From Actinomycetota bacterium (GTDB lineage Bacteria > Actinomycetota > Actinomycetes > S36-B12 > UBA10799), in assembly GCA_020636995.1 (NCBI GenBank), contig JACJWU010000005.1:130331-194330 (forward strand): 64,000 bases of DNA, read 5' to 3'. Within the stretch, counting starts at the first letter, position 1; every line of letters starts with the position of its first letter. The translations under genes were made by a program, and so were the position numbers. This document shows, in pieces, positions 8,417-16,801 of the stretch. Below the pieces are notes generated by a model. It did not search any database. It was not told the origin of the DNA and worked only from the letters and a program-made list of their open reading frames with translations.

Positions 8417-9649
8417 ATGATCGACCTCGGAAGCGCGACGGGCCTCACCTGTCGGGAGTGTTCAGCCACATACGACCTCGGCGCCGCGTACGCCTGCATG
8501 GAGTGCTTCGGCCCGCTCGAGGTCGCGTACGACTTCCCCGCGCTCACCCGCGCGGACATCGAAGCCGGGCCCACGTCGCTGTGGCGATACAAGGACCTGC
8601 TGCCGGTGCGCCCGACCGCGGCCGACGAGCCGAACCTGGCACCGGGCTGGACCCGGCTGCACAAGGCCGACAACCTGGCCGCCGAACTCGGGATGCGGAC
8701 CCTGTGGGTCAAGGACGACTCCGGCAACCCCACCCACTCGTTCAAGGACCGCGTCGTCGCGGTCGCCCAGTCCGCCGCGCGCGCGCTGGGGCTCACCACG
8801 CTGGCCTGCGCCTCCACAGGCAACCTCGCGCACGCCGTCGCAGCAGCCGCTGCCCGCGGGGGCCAGGATTCGGTGGTCGTCATCCCTCACGACCTCGAGG
8901 CCGGCAAGACCATCACCACCGCCACGTACGGCGGGATCCTGCTGGCCGTCGAGGGCAACTACGACGATGTGAACCGCCTGTGCTCGGAGATCATCGGCGA
9001 GGACTTCTCGCAGTCCTGGGGCTTCGTCAACGTCAACATCCGCCCCTACTACGCCGAAGGATCGAAGTCGATGGGCTTCGAGATCGCAGAGCAACTCGGG
9101 TGGCGCACGCCGGCGCAGGTGGTCGCGCCGGTCGCGTCGGGCTCTCTGCTCACGAAGATCGACAAGGCCTGGCGGGAACTGGCGGCGCTGGGGCTGATCG
9201 AGGAGTCGGAATACCGCGTCTTCGGCGCCCAGGCCACGGGGTGTTCGCCGGTCGCCCAGGCCTTCGATGCCGGATGGGACGTGGTGAAACCGGTCAAACC
9301 CTCGACCATCGCCAAGTCCCTGGCGATCGGCAACCCGGCCGACGGCCCCTACGCACTCGACGTGGTCCGGCGCACCGGCGGTTCCATCGCGGCGGTCTCC
9401 GACGACGACGTGGTGGATGGCATCCGCCTGTTGGCGCGCACCGAAGGGATCTTCGCGGAGACCGCCGGTGGAGTGGTGGTCGCGACGCTGCGCCATCTCC
9501 TCAAGGAGGGGGCGCTGGATCCGGAGGCCGAGACGGTCATCCTGAACACCGGCGAAGGCCTGAAGACCCTCGATGCGGTGATGGAGTTCGCCACTCCGAC
9601 CGCCACGATCAAGCCCGACGTCGACCTCGTGCGCGCAGTCGTCACCTGA
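8417..9649 (+). CDS. thrC: Threonine synthase (PLP-dependent, with an N-terminal Cys-rich ribbon)
   Basis: The PLP-lysine motif HSFKDRVV is present, along with the N-terminal [25 protein letters not shown]. The ORF opens at 8360. The start at 8417 (MIDLGSA) lies after the riboswitch and SD. Confidence 0.85.
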   Translation: MIDLGSATGLTCRECSATYDLGAAYACMECFGPLEVAYDFPALTRADIEAGPTSLWRYKDLLPVRPTAADEPNLAPGWTRLHKADNLAAELGMRTLWVKDDSGNPTHSFKDRVVAVAQSAARALGLTTLACASTGNLAHAVAAAAARGGQDSVVVIPHDLEAGKTITTATYGGILLAVEGNYDDVNRLCSEIIGEDFSQSWGFVNVNIRPYYAEGSKSMGFEIAEQLGWRTPAQVVAPVASGSLLTKIDKAWRELAALGLIEESEYRVFGAQATGCSPVAQAFDAGWDVVKPVKPSTIAKSLAIGNPADGPYALDVVRRTGGSIAAVSDDDVVDGIRLLARTEGIFAETAGGVVVATLRHLLKEGALDPEAETVILNTGEGLKTLDAVMEFATPTATIKPDVDLVRAVVT

Positions 9650-9774
9650 GGCTTCTGGCGGGTCGGGCCCCACGCGCCGACAACATCTGCGTAGACTTGA
9701 TAACGATCGCATCGCGATCCCGTACGGCCGACGGCCGAGCGGAATTCAGAAACACAGCAAGGACAACACAACAC

Positions 9775-9987
9775 ATGAGCAGTGTCAGCGGAACCGTGAA
9801 GTGGTTCAACGCCGAGAAGGGCTACGGCTTCCTCTCCCTGGACGACCAGGAAGGCGACGTCTTCGTCCACTGGAGCGCCATCCAGACCGATGGCTACAAG
9901 TCGCTTCAGGAAGGCCAGCGAGTCGAGTTCACGATCGTGCAGGGACCGAAGGGCGCGCAGGCGGACACCGTCGTGCCGTTGTCCTGA
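9775..9987 (+). CDS. cspA: Cold-shock protein (CspA family)
   Basis: [37 protein letters not shown] carries the RNP1 (KGYGF) and RNP2 (VFVHW) motifs. It is 70 aa and has an untranslated leader of about 125 nt. Confidence 0.9.
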   Translation: MSSVSGTVKWFNAEKGYGFLSLDDQEGDVFVHWSAIQTDGYKSLQEGQRVEFTIVQGPKGAQADTVVPLS

Positions 9988-10001
9988 TCGACGACCTCAG
10001 T

Positions 10002-10700
10002 TCAAGGGGCCGGGTGGGAAACCTCCCGGCCCTTTGTCATGCCCGGGCTCAAGCCCTGCCGATCCAGGGCGGCCTCCAACCCGTCGAGGACCAGGTTGAG
10101 TCCGAAGTCGAACTCATCGCCGAAGTCGTATCCCGGCCGCACCACGTGTTCCACGACTAGTTCGGCGAAGTGGGGGTACTCGTCGGCTGGGAGGGTGCCC
10201 ATGATGTCCGACGCCAGCTCACCGATACCGCCCCCGTCGACCGGGAGCATCGCCTCCTGCACCGCGAACCCGTACACGTAGCTGTCGATGAGGGCGTAGG
10301 CATGTGCGGTCAAGGTGACGGAGAATCCGGCGCGCCGGAAGGTTCCGATGACCGCGTCGTGATGACGCAGGTTGTTCGGCCCCGGACTCACCCGCGACTC
10401 CATGACACTCACGGCCCACGGGTGTTCGTGCAGGACTGCCCGCGCCGATGTACACCGTCGAGTGATCTCCTCGCGCCAGGGACCGCCAGGGACCGGATCG
10501 TCGATCTCCTCGAAGATCTTCTCGACCAGTCCGTCGAGGATCTCCTCCTTGCCGGCCAGGTGGTGATACACCGCCATCGGCGCGGTACCCAGATCGTCGG
10601 CCAACGCCCGCATGGTCAGCGCGGACAACCCCTTGGCGTCGGCGACCGCCGTCGCGGCGGCGAGGATCCGTGCCCGGGTCAGCGGGGACCGCTTGGCCAT
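10002..10700 (-). CDS. TetR-family transcriptional regulator
   Basis: The N-terminal HTH region is RARILAAATAVADAKGLSALTMRALADDLGTAPMAVYHHLAGKEEIL. Confidence 0.85.
   Translation of the reverse strand: MAKRSPLTRARILAAATAVADAKGLSALTMRALADDLGTAPMAVYHHLAGKEEILDGLVEKIFEEIDDPVPGGPWREEITRRCTSARAVLHEHPWAVSVMESRVSPGPNNLRHHDAVIGTFRRAGFSVTLTAHAYALIDSYVYGFAVQEAMLPVDGGGIGELASDIMGTLPADEYPHFAELVVEHVVRPGYDFGDEFDFGLNLVLDGLEAALDRQGLSPGMTKGREVSHPAP
10004..10035. terminator. Hairpin downstream of cspA, overlapping the 3' end of the convergent TetR gene
   Basis: AAGGGGCCGGG-tgggaaacc-TCCCGGCCCTTT has a GC-rich 8-10 bp stem and lies 17 nt after the cspA stop. Confidence 0.5.
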
Positions 10701-10743
10701 GGCGCCTCCTCCCGGGGGTTGTCGGATTTCAGCGTACCTGGTT

Positions 10744-10774
10744 ACTGTACTAAGTACGTTGTACTAAGTACAGT
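10744..10774. promoter_or_regulatory. Candidate TetR operator in the divergent TetR / dehydrogenase intergenic region
   Basis: ACTGTACTAAGTACGTTGTACTAAGTACAGT contains two copies of the odd palindrome GTACT-A-AGTAC (10747-10757 and 10761-10771) nested in the outer inverted repeat ACTGTAC/GTACAGT. The stretch is AT-rich in a GC-rich background. Confidence 0.6.
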
Positions 10775-10789
10775 TCGGGAGGTGGACAG

Positions 10790-11806
10790 ATGAGTCAGAC
10801 GAGGATGGTTCTTCCGGCGGCCATGCAGGCGATTGTGCAGGACGGGTACGGAACGGTCGGGGTGAGTCGGATCGCAACCGTCCCGGTACCCCGGATGGCA
10901 GCCGACGAGGTCCTGGTCTCCGTATCGGCGGCAGGTGTGGATCGCGGCACCTGGCACCTGATGGTCGGCGAACCGTACGTCATGCGCCTCGGTACCGGAT
11001 TGCGTCGGCCACGGCGTGCGACTCCCGGCCGGGATCTGGCGGGAGTCGTGGTCGCCATCGGCGACGAGGTGACCGGCTTCGGCGTCGGTGACGAGGTCCT
11101 CGGGATCGGGGCCAGCGCGTTCGCGCAGTATGCGATCGCGAAACCGTCCAAGCTCGTCCATCGGCCCGATGGCCTCAGTGTCGAGAAGGCGGCCGCCCTA
11201 CCCACGTCGGGGCTGACCGCCATGCAGGCCGTTCACGACGTCGCCAAGGTCGAGAGGGGTCAACGGGTCCTGATCCTGGGCGCCTCCGGCGGCGTCGGAT
11301 CGTTCGCCGTGCAGATGGCCCGAGCCGCGGGCGCGCACGTCACCGGCGTGTGCAGCGCATCGAAGGCCGACCTGGTGACGTCCCTCGGTGCCGACCGGGT
11401 GCTCGACTACCGCAGCGACGATCTCGCACGGGACACGACCCGCTACGACGTCGTGATCAACATCGCAGGCCGGCCGTCGATCGCCCGCCTGCGCGAGATG
11501 ACCGCCCCCAACGGGACCGCAGTGATGATCGGCGGCGAAGGTGGCGGTGCCGTCACCGGCGGGTTCGGACAGCACCTCAGGGCCGCGGCGTTGTCGCCCT
11601 TCGTGTCGCAACGCCTCCGCATGATGATCGCGACCGAGAGCGGTGACGACCTGCAGCGACTGGTGGACATGACCGGCACCGGCGAGGTGTCCCCGGCCGT
11701 CGAGCGGACCTTCGACCTTCCCGAGGCTCCCCTGGCCGTGGACCACGTCGCGTCCGGCCGGGCGCGCGGCAAAGTCGTCGTTTCGATCCCGCAGGAGGAC
11801 CGATGA
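10790..11806 (+). CDS. NAD(P)H-dependent medium-chain dehydrogenase / quinone oxidoreductase
   Basis: MDR-family pattern, with a nucleotide-binding loop region VLILGASGGVGSFAVQMA. It is 338 aa and divergent from the TetR gene. Confidence 0.8.
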   Translation: MSQTRMVLPAAMQAIVQDGYGTVGVSRIATVPVPRMAADEVLVSVSAAGVDRGTWHLMVGEPYVMRLGTGLRRPRRATPGRDLAGVVVAIGDEVTGFGVGDEVLGIGASAFAQYAIAKPSKLVHRPDGLSVEKAAALPTSGLTAMQAVHDVAKVERGQRVLILGASGGVGSFAVQMARAAGAHVTGVCSASKADLVTSLGADRVLDYRSDDLARDTTRYDVVINIAGRPSIARLREMTAPNGTAVMIGGEGGGAVTGGFGQHLRAAALSPFVSQRLRMMIATESGDDLQRLVDMTGTGEVSPAVERTFDLPEAPLAVDHVASGRARGKVVVSIPQEDR

Positions 11807-12074
11807 GCACCATCGACCTGACCGAAGCGCCAACCCGACAATCGCCTCCCTGATCGCCCTGGGGTCCCCGTGAAGGGCTCCGGGTGGCTCCCAGTCCCAT
11901 CGGGACACTGGTGGTGCTGGCCGGCGCCGGGTACGTCATCAACGCCATCGCGTCGGTGCTGGAGGTGGACGTGACGGCCCGCGCATTCACCGTCATCGGG
12001 GAGGTCCTGCTGGCTGTGCGGATGGTTGCACGCTGGATCGCCCACGAGCGCGCAGGTGTGGCGCATCGGCGCCG

Positions 12075-12371
12075 ATGGCGATCAGACCGTACCCTGGAGA
12101 TGTGATTGCGTTCGTGACCTGGGTCGCCAACATCTTCTTCCTGGGTATGACCCTGTTCGCCCTCGTGGACGCCGTGCGCCGCCCGACCGCAGCCTTCCCG
12201 GCCGTCGAGCGGCAGTCGAAGACGGCCTGGCTGATCTTCCTGGCCATCGCCGCAGGGGTGATCTTCGTCTTCGGCGCCGTGCACTTCCTGGGCATCGTCG
12301 GTGTCATCGTCGCGATGTTCTACTTGGTGGACGTGCGGCCGAAGGTCCGCGAGATCACCGGGAGTCGATGA
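12075..12371 (+). CDS. DUF2516-family small membrane protein
   Basis: FVTWVANIFFLGMTLFALVDAVRRPTAAFPAVERQSKTAWLIFLAIAA is the typical DUF2516 pattern. It is 98 aa. Confidence 0.65.
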   Translation: MAIRPYPGDVIAFVTWVANIFFLGMTLFALVDAVRRPTAAFPAVERQSKTAWLIFLAIAAGVIFVFGAVHFLGIVGVIVAMFYLVDVRPKVREITGSR

Positions 12372-13117
12372 GCCGCGCAGTCGGTCAGGTCACCCGCGGC
12401 ACGACGGCTCCGAACCGGCTACGCCGCTTCGATCGCTGGATCGCACATCTGGCGGGTCGCGAGGTACGAGGTGCCCGTGTGCCCTTGGCCGTGGACCTCG
12501 GTTTCGGCGCACATCCGGCCACCACGGTCCAGTGGCGAGGCAGCCTCGCCGCGATCAACCCGCACGTCGAGGTGGTCGGAGTGGAGATCGACCGCACCCG
12601 CGTGGAGGCGGCCCAGGGCACCATCACGGCGATCCACGGGGGCTTCGAGATCCCGACCGACCGGTGCCCGTTGCTCATCCGCGCGGCGAACGTCTTGCGA
12701 CAGTACCCGCTCAATGACGTCGAGCGCGCCTGGGACCGCATGCGGTCACGGTTGGCGCCCGGCGGCTGGCTGATCGACGGCACCTGCGACGAACAGGGCC
12801 GACTCGCCGCCCTCATCAGCATCGACGAGAGCGGCCCACAATGGCTCACGGTCTCGTGCCGCCTGGCCGATCTGGAGCGGCCCAGCCAGGTGGCCGCTCG
12901 ACTACCCAAAGCCCTGATCCACAGCAACGTCCCGGGACAACCGATCCACAGGCTGCTCACGGACATGGACCGCGCATGGGACGCAGCACCCCGGTGGGGA
13001 GCCCGACAGCGGTGGATCGCCATGGCCGACGCACTGCGCGACGACTGGGGTGTCCGCGACGGCAGGACCCGATGGCGGCTGGGCGAGTTCACCGTGCCGT
13101 GGGGACGGGTGGGCTGA
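12368..13117 (+). CDS. Class I SAM-dependent methyltransferase-like protein
   Basis: In frame within ORF 12026..13117. The ATG at 12368 overlaps the DUF2516 stop (ATGA). VDLGFGAHP resembles SAM-binding motif I. Confidence 0.55.
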   Translation: MSRAVGQVTRGTTAPNRLRRFDRWIAHLAGREVRGARVPLAVDLGFGAHPATTVQWRGSLAAINPHVEVVGVEIDRTRVEAAQGTITAIHGGFEIPTDRCPLLIRAANVLRQYPLNDVERAWDRMRSRLAPGGWLIDGTCDEQGRLAALISIDESGPQWLTVSCRLADLERPSQVAARLPKALIHSNVPGQPIHRLLTDMDRAWDAAPRWGARQRWIAMADALRDDWGVRDGRTRWRLGEFTVPWGRVG

Positions 13118-13122
13118 CTCGG

Positions 13123-13250
13123 CGTACGGAACTGGTTGGCACCGTGGATCACCCAACCAGTTGCGTACGCTCTGCCGCCCGCTTTGGGCACTTCTGGGGC
13201 ATTAATCCGTCCGAAACTGGTTGCGGGCGACCCTGCGCCAACCAGTTTCG
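13123..13250. repeat. Two copies of a hairpin built on AACTGGTTG / CAACCAGTT
   Basis: Hairpin 1 is CGTACGGAACTGGTTGG...CCAACCAGTTGCGTACG (13123-13169). Hairpin 2 is CGAAACTGGTTGCG...CGCCAACCAGTTTCG (13212-13250). The forward core is at 13130 and 13215 and the inverted core at 13154 and 13239. Confidence 0.7.
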
Positions 13251-13257
13251 TACACGC

Positions 13258-13289
13258 GAAAGGGCCCCCCGTTCCCGGAGGGCCCTTCG
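13258..13289. terminator. GC-rich hairpin downstream of the Lys/Ala-rich protein gene
   Basis: GAAAGGGCCC-cccgttcccgga-GGGCCCTTC lies 11 nt past the stop at 13300 on the minus strand. Confidence 0.6.
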
Positions 13290-13299
13290 CTGCAGGTCG

Positions 13300-13791
13300 T
13301 TACCGGCCGATGGTGGCGCGCACCTTCTCGACGGCGGTCTCGTACTGCTTGCGCAGGTCGGCCGAAGAGGCGTCGTAGCGCTCACGCAGGTCGACGACGA
13401 TGTGCTCGGCGCGCTCCTGCACCTCGGAGAGGGTGGGCAGCTCGATCTTGGGCAGCTCGAACGGCAGCTCGAACTTGGGCAGCTCGAACGGCAGCAGCGC
13501 CACGAACTGGTCCTTGGCCTCAGTGGCACGCTCGACGGCCGGCTTCACGGCCTCGGTGGCGCGCTCGATGGCCGGCTTCACGGCCTCGGTCGCCTTGGCA
13601 ACCGGGGTCTGGGCCTTGGTCGGCTTCACGGCGGCAGCGGCCTTCGCCGGAGCCTTCTTGGCAGCAGTGGAGACCTTCTTGGCGGTCGTCTTCGCCGGAG
13701 CCTTCTTCGCCGGAGCCTTCTTGGCGGTGGTCTTCGCCGGAGCCTTCTTGGCCGGCGTCTTCTTCGCGGTGGTCTTGGCTGTGGTAGCCAT
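13300..13791 (-). CDS. Lys/Ala-rich histone-H1-like / HbhA-like protein
   Basis: The N-terminus is MATTAKTTAKKTPAKKAPAKTTAKKAPAKKAPAKTTAKK. Internal repeats are ATEAVKPAIERATEAVKPAVERATEA and PFELPKFELPFELPKIELP. The C-terminal part is helical. Its start overlaps the XRE stop by 1 nt (TAATG). Confidence 0.6.
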   Translation of the reverse strand: MATTAKTTAKKTPAKKAPAKTTAKKAPAKKAPAKTTAKKVSTAAKKAPAKAAAAVKPTKAQTPVAKATEAVKPAIERATEAVKPAVERATEAKDQFVALLPFELPKFELPFELPKIELPTLSEVQERAEHIVVDLRERYDASSADLRKQYETAVEKVRATIGR

Positions 13792-14204
13792 TACTTGTCC
13801 TTTCGGGAAGGTGCGGTTCGCCGGGTTTCGGCCGCCGGACGTTGTCCGTCCGGCCCGCGGTGTGCGTCGTTCTCGGATTGGAACGCCGCGTAGATCTCCA
13901 GGAGCGACTGACGCTGTCGATCGGTCAGCGTCGGGTCACTGGCCAGAGCCGCCGTCACCGACGGATCCCCTTGCCGAGGCTCGAGGATTCCCGCACGTAC
14001 GTACAGGGACTCCGCGGAGATCTGAAGTGCCTTCGCAATCTGCGCCAGTATCTCGGCGCTGGGTTTGCGAAGACCCCGTTCGACCTGACTGAGGTAGGGG
14101 TTGGACACCCCGGCAGCCTGGGACAGCTGTCGCAGGGACAACTGCGCCGCAGATCGCTGCTCGCGGATGTATTCACCCACACTCGCCATGTCGATCCGAG
14201 CCAT
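13791..14204 (-). CDS. XRE-family helix-turn-helix transcriptional regulator (Rv0474-like)
   Basis: SLRQLSQAAGVSNPYLSQVERGLRKPSAEILAQIAKAL is a classic HTH_3 pattern. The start is either 14204 (MARIDM) or 14189 (MASVGEY). Confidence 0.8.
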   Translation of the reverse strand: MARIDMASVGEYIREQRSAAQLSLRQLSQAAGVSNPYLSQVERGLRKPSAEILAQIAKALQISAESLYVRAGILEPRQGDPSVTAALASDPTLTDRQRQSLLEIYAAFQSENDAHRGPDGQRPAAETRRTAPSRKDK

Positions 14205-14224
14205 ACATCTAGGGTGCACACGTT

Positions 14225-14244
14225 GTGCTTGCAATTGCAAGCAC
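14225..14244. promoter_or_regulatory. Perfect 20-bp palindrome upstream of the XRE gene (candidate autoregulatory operator)
   Basis: GTGCTTGCAATTGCAAGCAC equals its own reverse complement. It lies 21 nt upstream of the 14204 start. Confidence 0.55.
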
Positions 14245-14276
14245 TCAGCAAGCGCTGCGCCCTAATGCGGCGCAGA

Positions 14277-15242
14277 TCACACAGCCAGGTCAGCAAGCAC
14301 CGGGGCCGGCACCATCTCCCCGACCGGGCGTCCTCCCCCGAGCACAGCCGTCGACATGTGCTCGGTGATCACCGGCGACCGCATGCCGAGGGCGGATAGG
14401 ACCGATGCCGCCACCATCGGCCGCGCACGCTGTCCGCCGTCGACGATCTTCACCGCGATTCCGAACGTGCCGACCGGAGCCTGCACCACCATGGCCTGCA
14501 CGGCCTCCGCGCCGTCCTTGGCCACCAATCCCGGAACCCCCCGCATCAGGTGTGTCACGTCCCGGGTCGTGCCACCGCTGTACTCCGGGAAATGCCGCAT
14601 CGCCGCCATGACCTGCTGCCCGGACTCCGCGCGCGGCAGGGCCACCATCGCCCTGGCCAGCGCCGCGATCGGCAACCCCCACAGTGGCGCGCCACAGCCA
14701 TCGACGCTGGTCGGGCCGGCGCCGACGCCCGCCCACTGCGACACACGGTCGTGGATGTGCGCCTGCAGCGGGTGCTCCGGATCGAGGTAGGACTGCAGGG
14801 GCCAGTGGTTGCGCACACAGGTGCGCAACATCGCTGCATGCTTGCCCGAGCAGTTCATCAGCACACGTTCGGGCCCGCCACCCGCGGCCAGGTGCGCAAT
14901 CCTGGCCTCCTCCCCGTAGGGCAGGTCCGGGGGGCAGAGCAGGTCGCCTTCACCCAGACCGCACCCGGCCAGGACGTCGCGTACCCCTGCCACATGGAAC
15001 GACTCTCCCGAGTGGGACGCCGCCGCCAGCGCGACGTCCGAACCGTGCAGGTCCAGCCCCGCCTCCAGCATGGCCGCCGCCTGTAGCGGCTTGACCGCCG
15101 ACCGTGGGTATATGACCTCGTCGGGATCTCCGAGCGACGCAACGATCTCGCCGGACGCATCGACCACCACGACGTGGCCACGGTGCACGGACTCGACCAT
15201 CCCCGCCCGCCGTACCTCGACGAGCACCGGGGCTGGGCTCAC
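14277..15242 (-). CDS. Asparaginase (asparaginase_II family)
   Basis: VEVRRAGMVESVHRGHVVVVDASGEIVASLGDPDEVIYPRSAVKPLQA is typical of PF06089-type asparaginases. The GTG start overlaps the upstream stop (GTGA). Confidence 0.8.
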   Translation of the reverse strand: MSPAPVLVEVRRAGMVESVHRGHVVVVDASGEIVASLGDPDEVIYPRSAVKPLQAAAMLEAGLDLHGSDVALAAASHSGESFHVAGVRDVLAGCGLGEGDLLCPPDLPYGEEARIAHLAAGGGPERVLMNCSGKHAAMLRTCVRNHWPLQSYLDPEHPLQAHIHDRVSQWAGVGAGPTSVDGCGAPLWGLPIAALARAMVALPRAESGQQVMAAMRHFPEYSGGTTRDVTHLMRGVPGLVAKDGAEAVQAMVVQAPVGTFGIAVKIVDGGQRARPMVAASVLSALGMRSPVITEHMSTAVLGGGRPVGEMVPAPVLADLAV

Positions 15243-15817
15243 CGGGTCCCTTTGAGCGCGTCCTCGGCAGTCGCCTCGCCTTCGCGGTACCTGCGGGCCA
15301 ACTCGGCGGTCAGCATGCCCTGAACCTCGTGGACACGCTGTCTGACCGCGGACACCTCACGCTCGGTCTCCTGCAGTTCCTCTATGCGGGCGTCGAGTTC
15401 CTCGTCGGACATCGTGGTGTACTCCTCGAGCCCGGCCCGGGCGATCAACCGCTCCACAGCGCGGCGTCCACCGCCGGGTGAATCGACCACATCCGGCCCC
15501 GGGGCCTGGGTACCAGGGCCCATCTTGGTCGTCAGCGAGGCGACCAGGGCGTCGATGTCCAGACCGCCACCGGATTCTCCGCCCTCCCGGCGCATCGCGC
15601 GGTTGGCCTCGAGGATGTCCATACGGCCATGCAACATCCGGCGAATGTAGGACAGCCAGGCCTCCTCGTGGTCGGCGCGCACACGGCGCTCCCGCAGATC
15701 CGACAAGGGGATCTCGGTCAGATCCGCCACGTAGCGTTCATCGAGGATCCGGTCGAGTGCCCGCTTTCCCTGCGGTTTGGCCAAAGACACCTGATCACTG
15801 TACGCCCGCGCCGGCAA
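15239..15817 (-). CDS. RsiG-family-like coiled-coil protein (often annotated as aerial mycelium formation protein)
   Basis: It has two helical segments with ExxxSxxRxxxH: EAWLSYIRRMLHGRMD and EREVSAVRQRVHEVQ. These resemble the ExxxSxxRxxxQxxxD c-di-GMP-binding repeats of Streptomyces RsiG, with H in place of Q. Confidence 0.45.
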   Translation of the reverse strand: MPARAYSDQVSLAKPQGKRALDRILDERYVADLTEIPLSDLRERRVRADHEEAWLSYIRRMLHGRMDILEANRAMRREGGESGGGLDIDALVASLTTKMGPGTQAPGPDVVDSPGGGRRAVERLIARAGLEEYTTMSDEELDARIEELQETEREVSAVRQRVHEVQGMLTAELARRYREGEATAEDALKGTR

Positions 15818-15886
15818 TGGGCACCATCTCTACGGCCTCCGGGGTGCCGGACTCAACTCGCGGGTCCAGGACGCCGAAAGGACGGT

Positions 15887-16759
15887 ATGGATGTCGCCGT
15901 CGAACTGCGCTCTCTGGCCGCCAACCGGGCCACGGGTTCGCTGCGCATCGCCGGTCCGGGCGCGACCGGGCACATCCTGTTCCGTGACGGCCGGATCTGC
16001 ACCGTTGAACACTCTGCCTCCCGCCCCGCGCTGGGCATGCGCCTGGTCAGCGGCGGGGCGTTGAGCCTGACCCACCTCGGCGCCGCACTGGCCGCCCAGC
16101 AGCAGCACCCCCACATGCGACTCGGCGACGTACTGGTCCGCATGGGCATGGTGCAGCGTCAGGATGTCGAGGCCGTGGCGTGGGGTCAGTTGTGTGACGA
16201 CGTGGCATCGATGCTCAGGTGGAGTGACGCGGAATGCACGTTCACGCCTGCCGCCGAGGACAGCCTGCCCCCAGCCGGACCCCACGTCGAGGATGTTCTG
16301 TCCGCCGCCGCCGACCGCGTGAACCAGTGGCAGCGGGTCGTGCGTCGCATCGGCGGCCCGGACTGTGTGCCGAGCCTGTGCGATGACTGCCTCGGCGCGC
16401 GGGACACAGCCCTGCGGCCGACGGATTGGGCCGTCCTGTGCCGCGTCGACGGCCACCGCAGCCTGCGGTCCATCGCGGACCAGGCGGGGTTCTCGCTGCT
16501 GGAGGCGGCCTCGATCCTCGAAGGTCTGCTCGCGGCCGGACTCGTCGCGGTACCCGAGACCCACCTGCCGCCGGCCACTGCGCGTCCGGCCCCGTGGCCA
16601 CCGGCAGAACACCACGAGCCGACGACCGCTCCAGCCCCCGTACCGCCACCGCCTGCGACCACCCCTGCGGCAGATGACGAGTTCGACGACCCGGCGGACC
16701 TCCTGCGCGAACTGTCACAACTCGGCGGCCTCAATCCTTCGCCGCACCGTCGCCGCTGA
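15887..16759 (+). CDS. DUF4388 (PATAN-like) domain protein with a Pro-rich C-terminus
   Basis: In frame within ORF 15629..16759. From the ATG at 15887 the sequence is MDVAVELRSLAANRATGSLRIAGPGATGHILFRDGRICTVEHS...RLGDVLVRMGMV, which fits the DUF4388 pattern. Confidence 0.7.
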   Translation: MDVAVELRSLAANRATGSLRIAGPGATGHILFRDGRICTVEHSASRPALGMRLVSGGALSLTHLGAALAAQQQHPHMRLGDVLVRMGMVQRQDVEAVAWGQLCDDVASMLRWSDAECTFTPAAEDSLPPAGPHVEDVLSAAADRVNQWQRVVRRIGGPDCVPSLCDDCLGARDTALRPTDWAVLCRVDGHRSLRSIADQAGFSLLEAASILEGLLAAGLVAVPETHLPPATARPAPWPPAEHHEPTTAPAPVPPPPATTPAADDEFDDPADLLRELSQLGGLNPSPHRRR

Positions 16760-16801
16760 ACCGCGGGCGCAGGCACCGAGCCAGCCGATAATCTGGCGCC
16801 C

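Noticed and set aside
8371-9987. The 538-aa ORF spanning thrC and cspA in another frame.
   Set aside because: Only its last 70 codons (9775-9987) encode a recognisable protein, which is CspA. The upstream part is an Arg/Gly/Pro-rich shadow of thrC.
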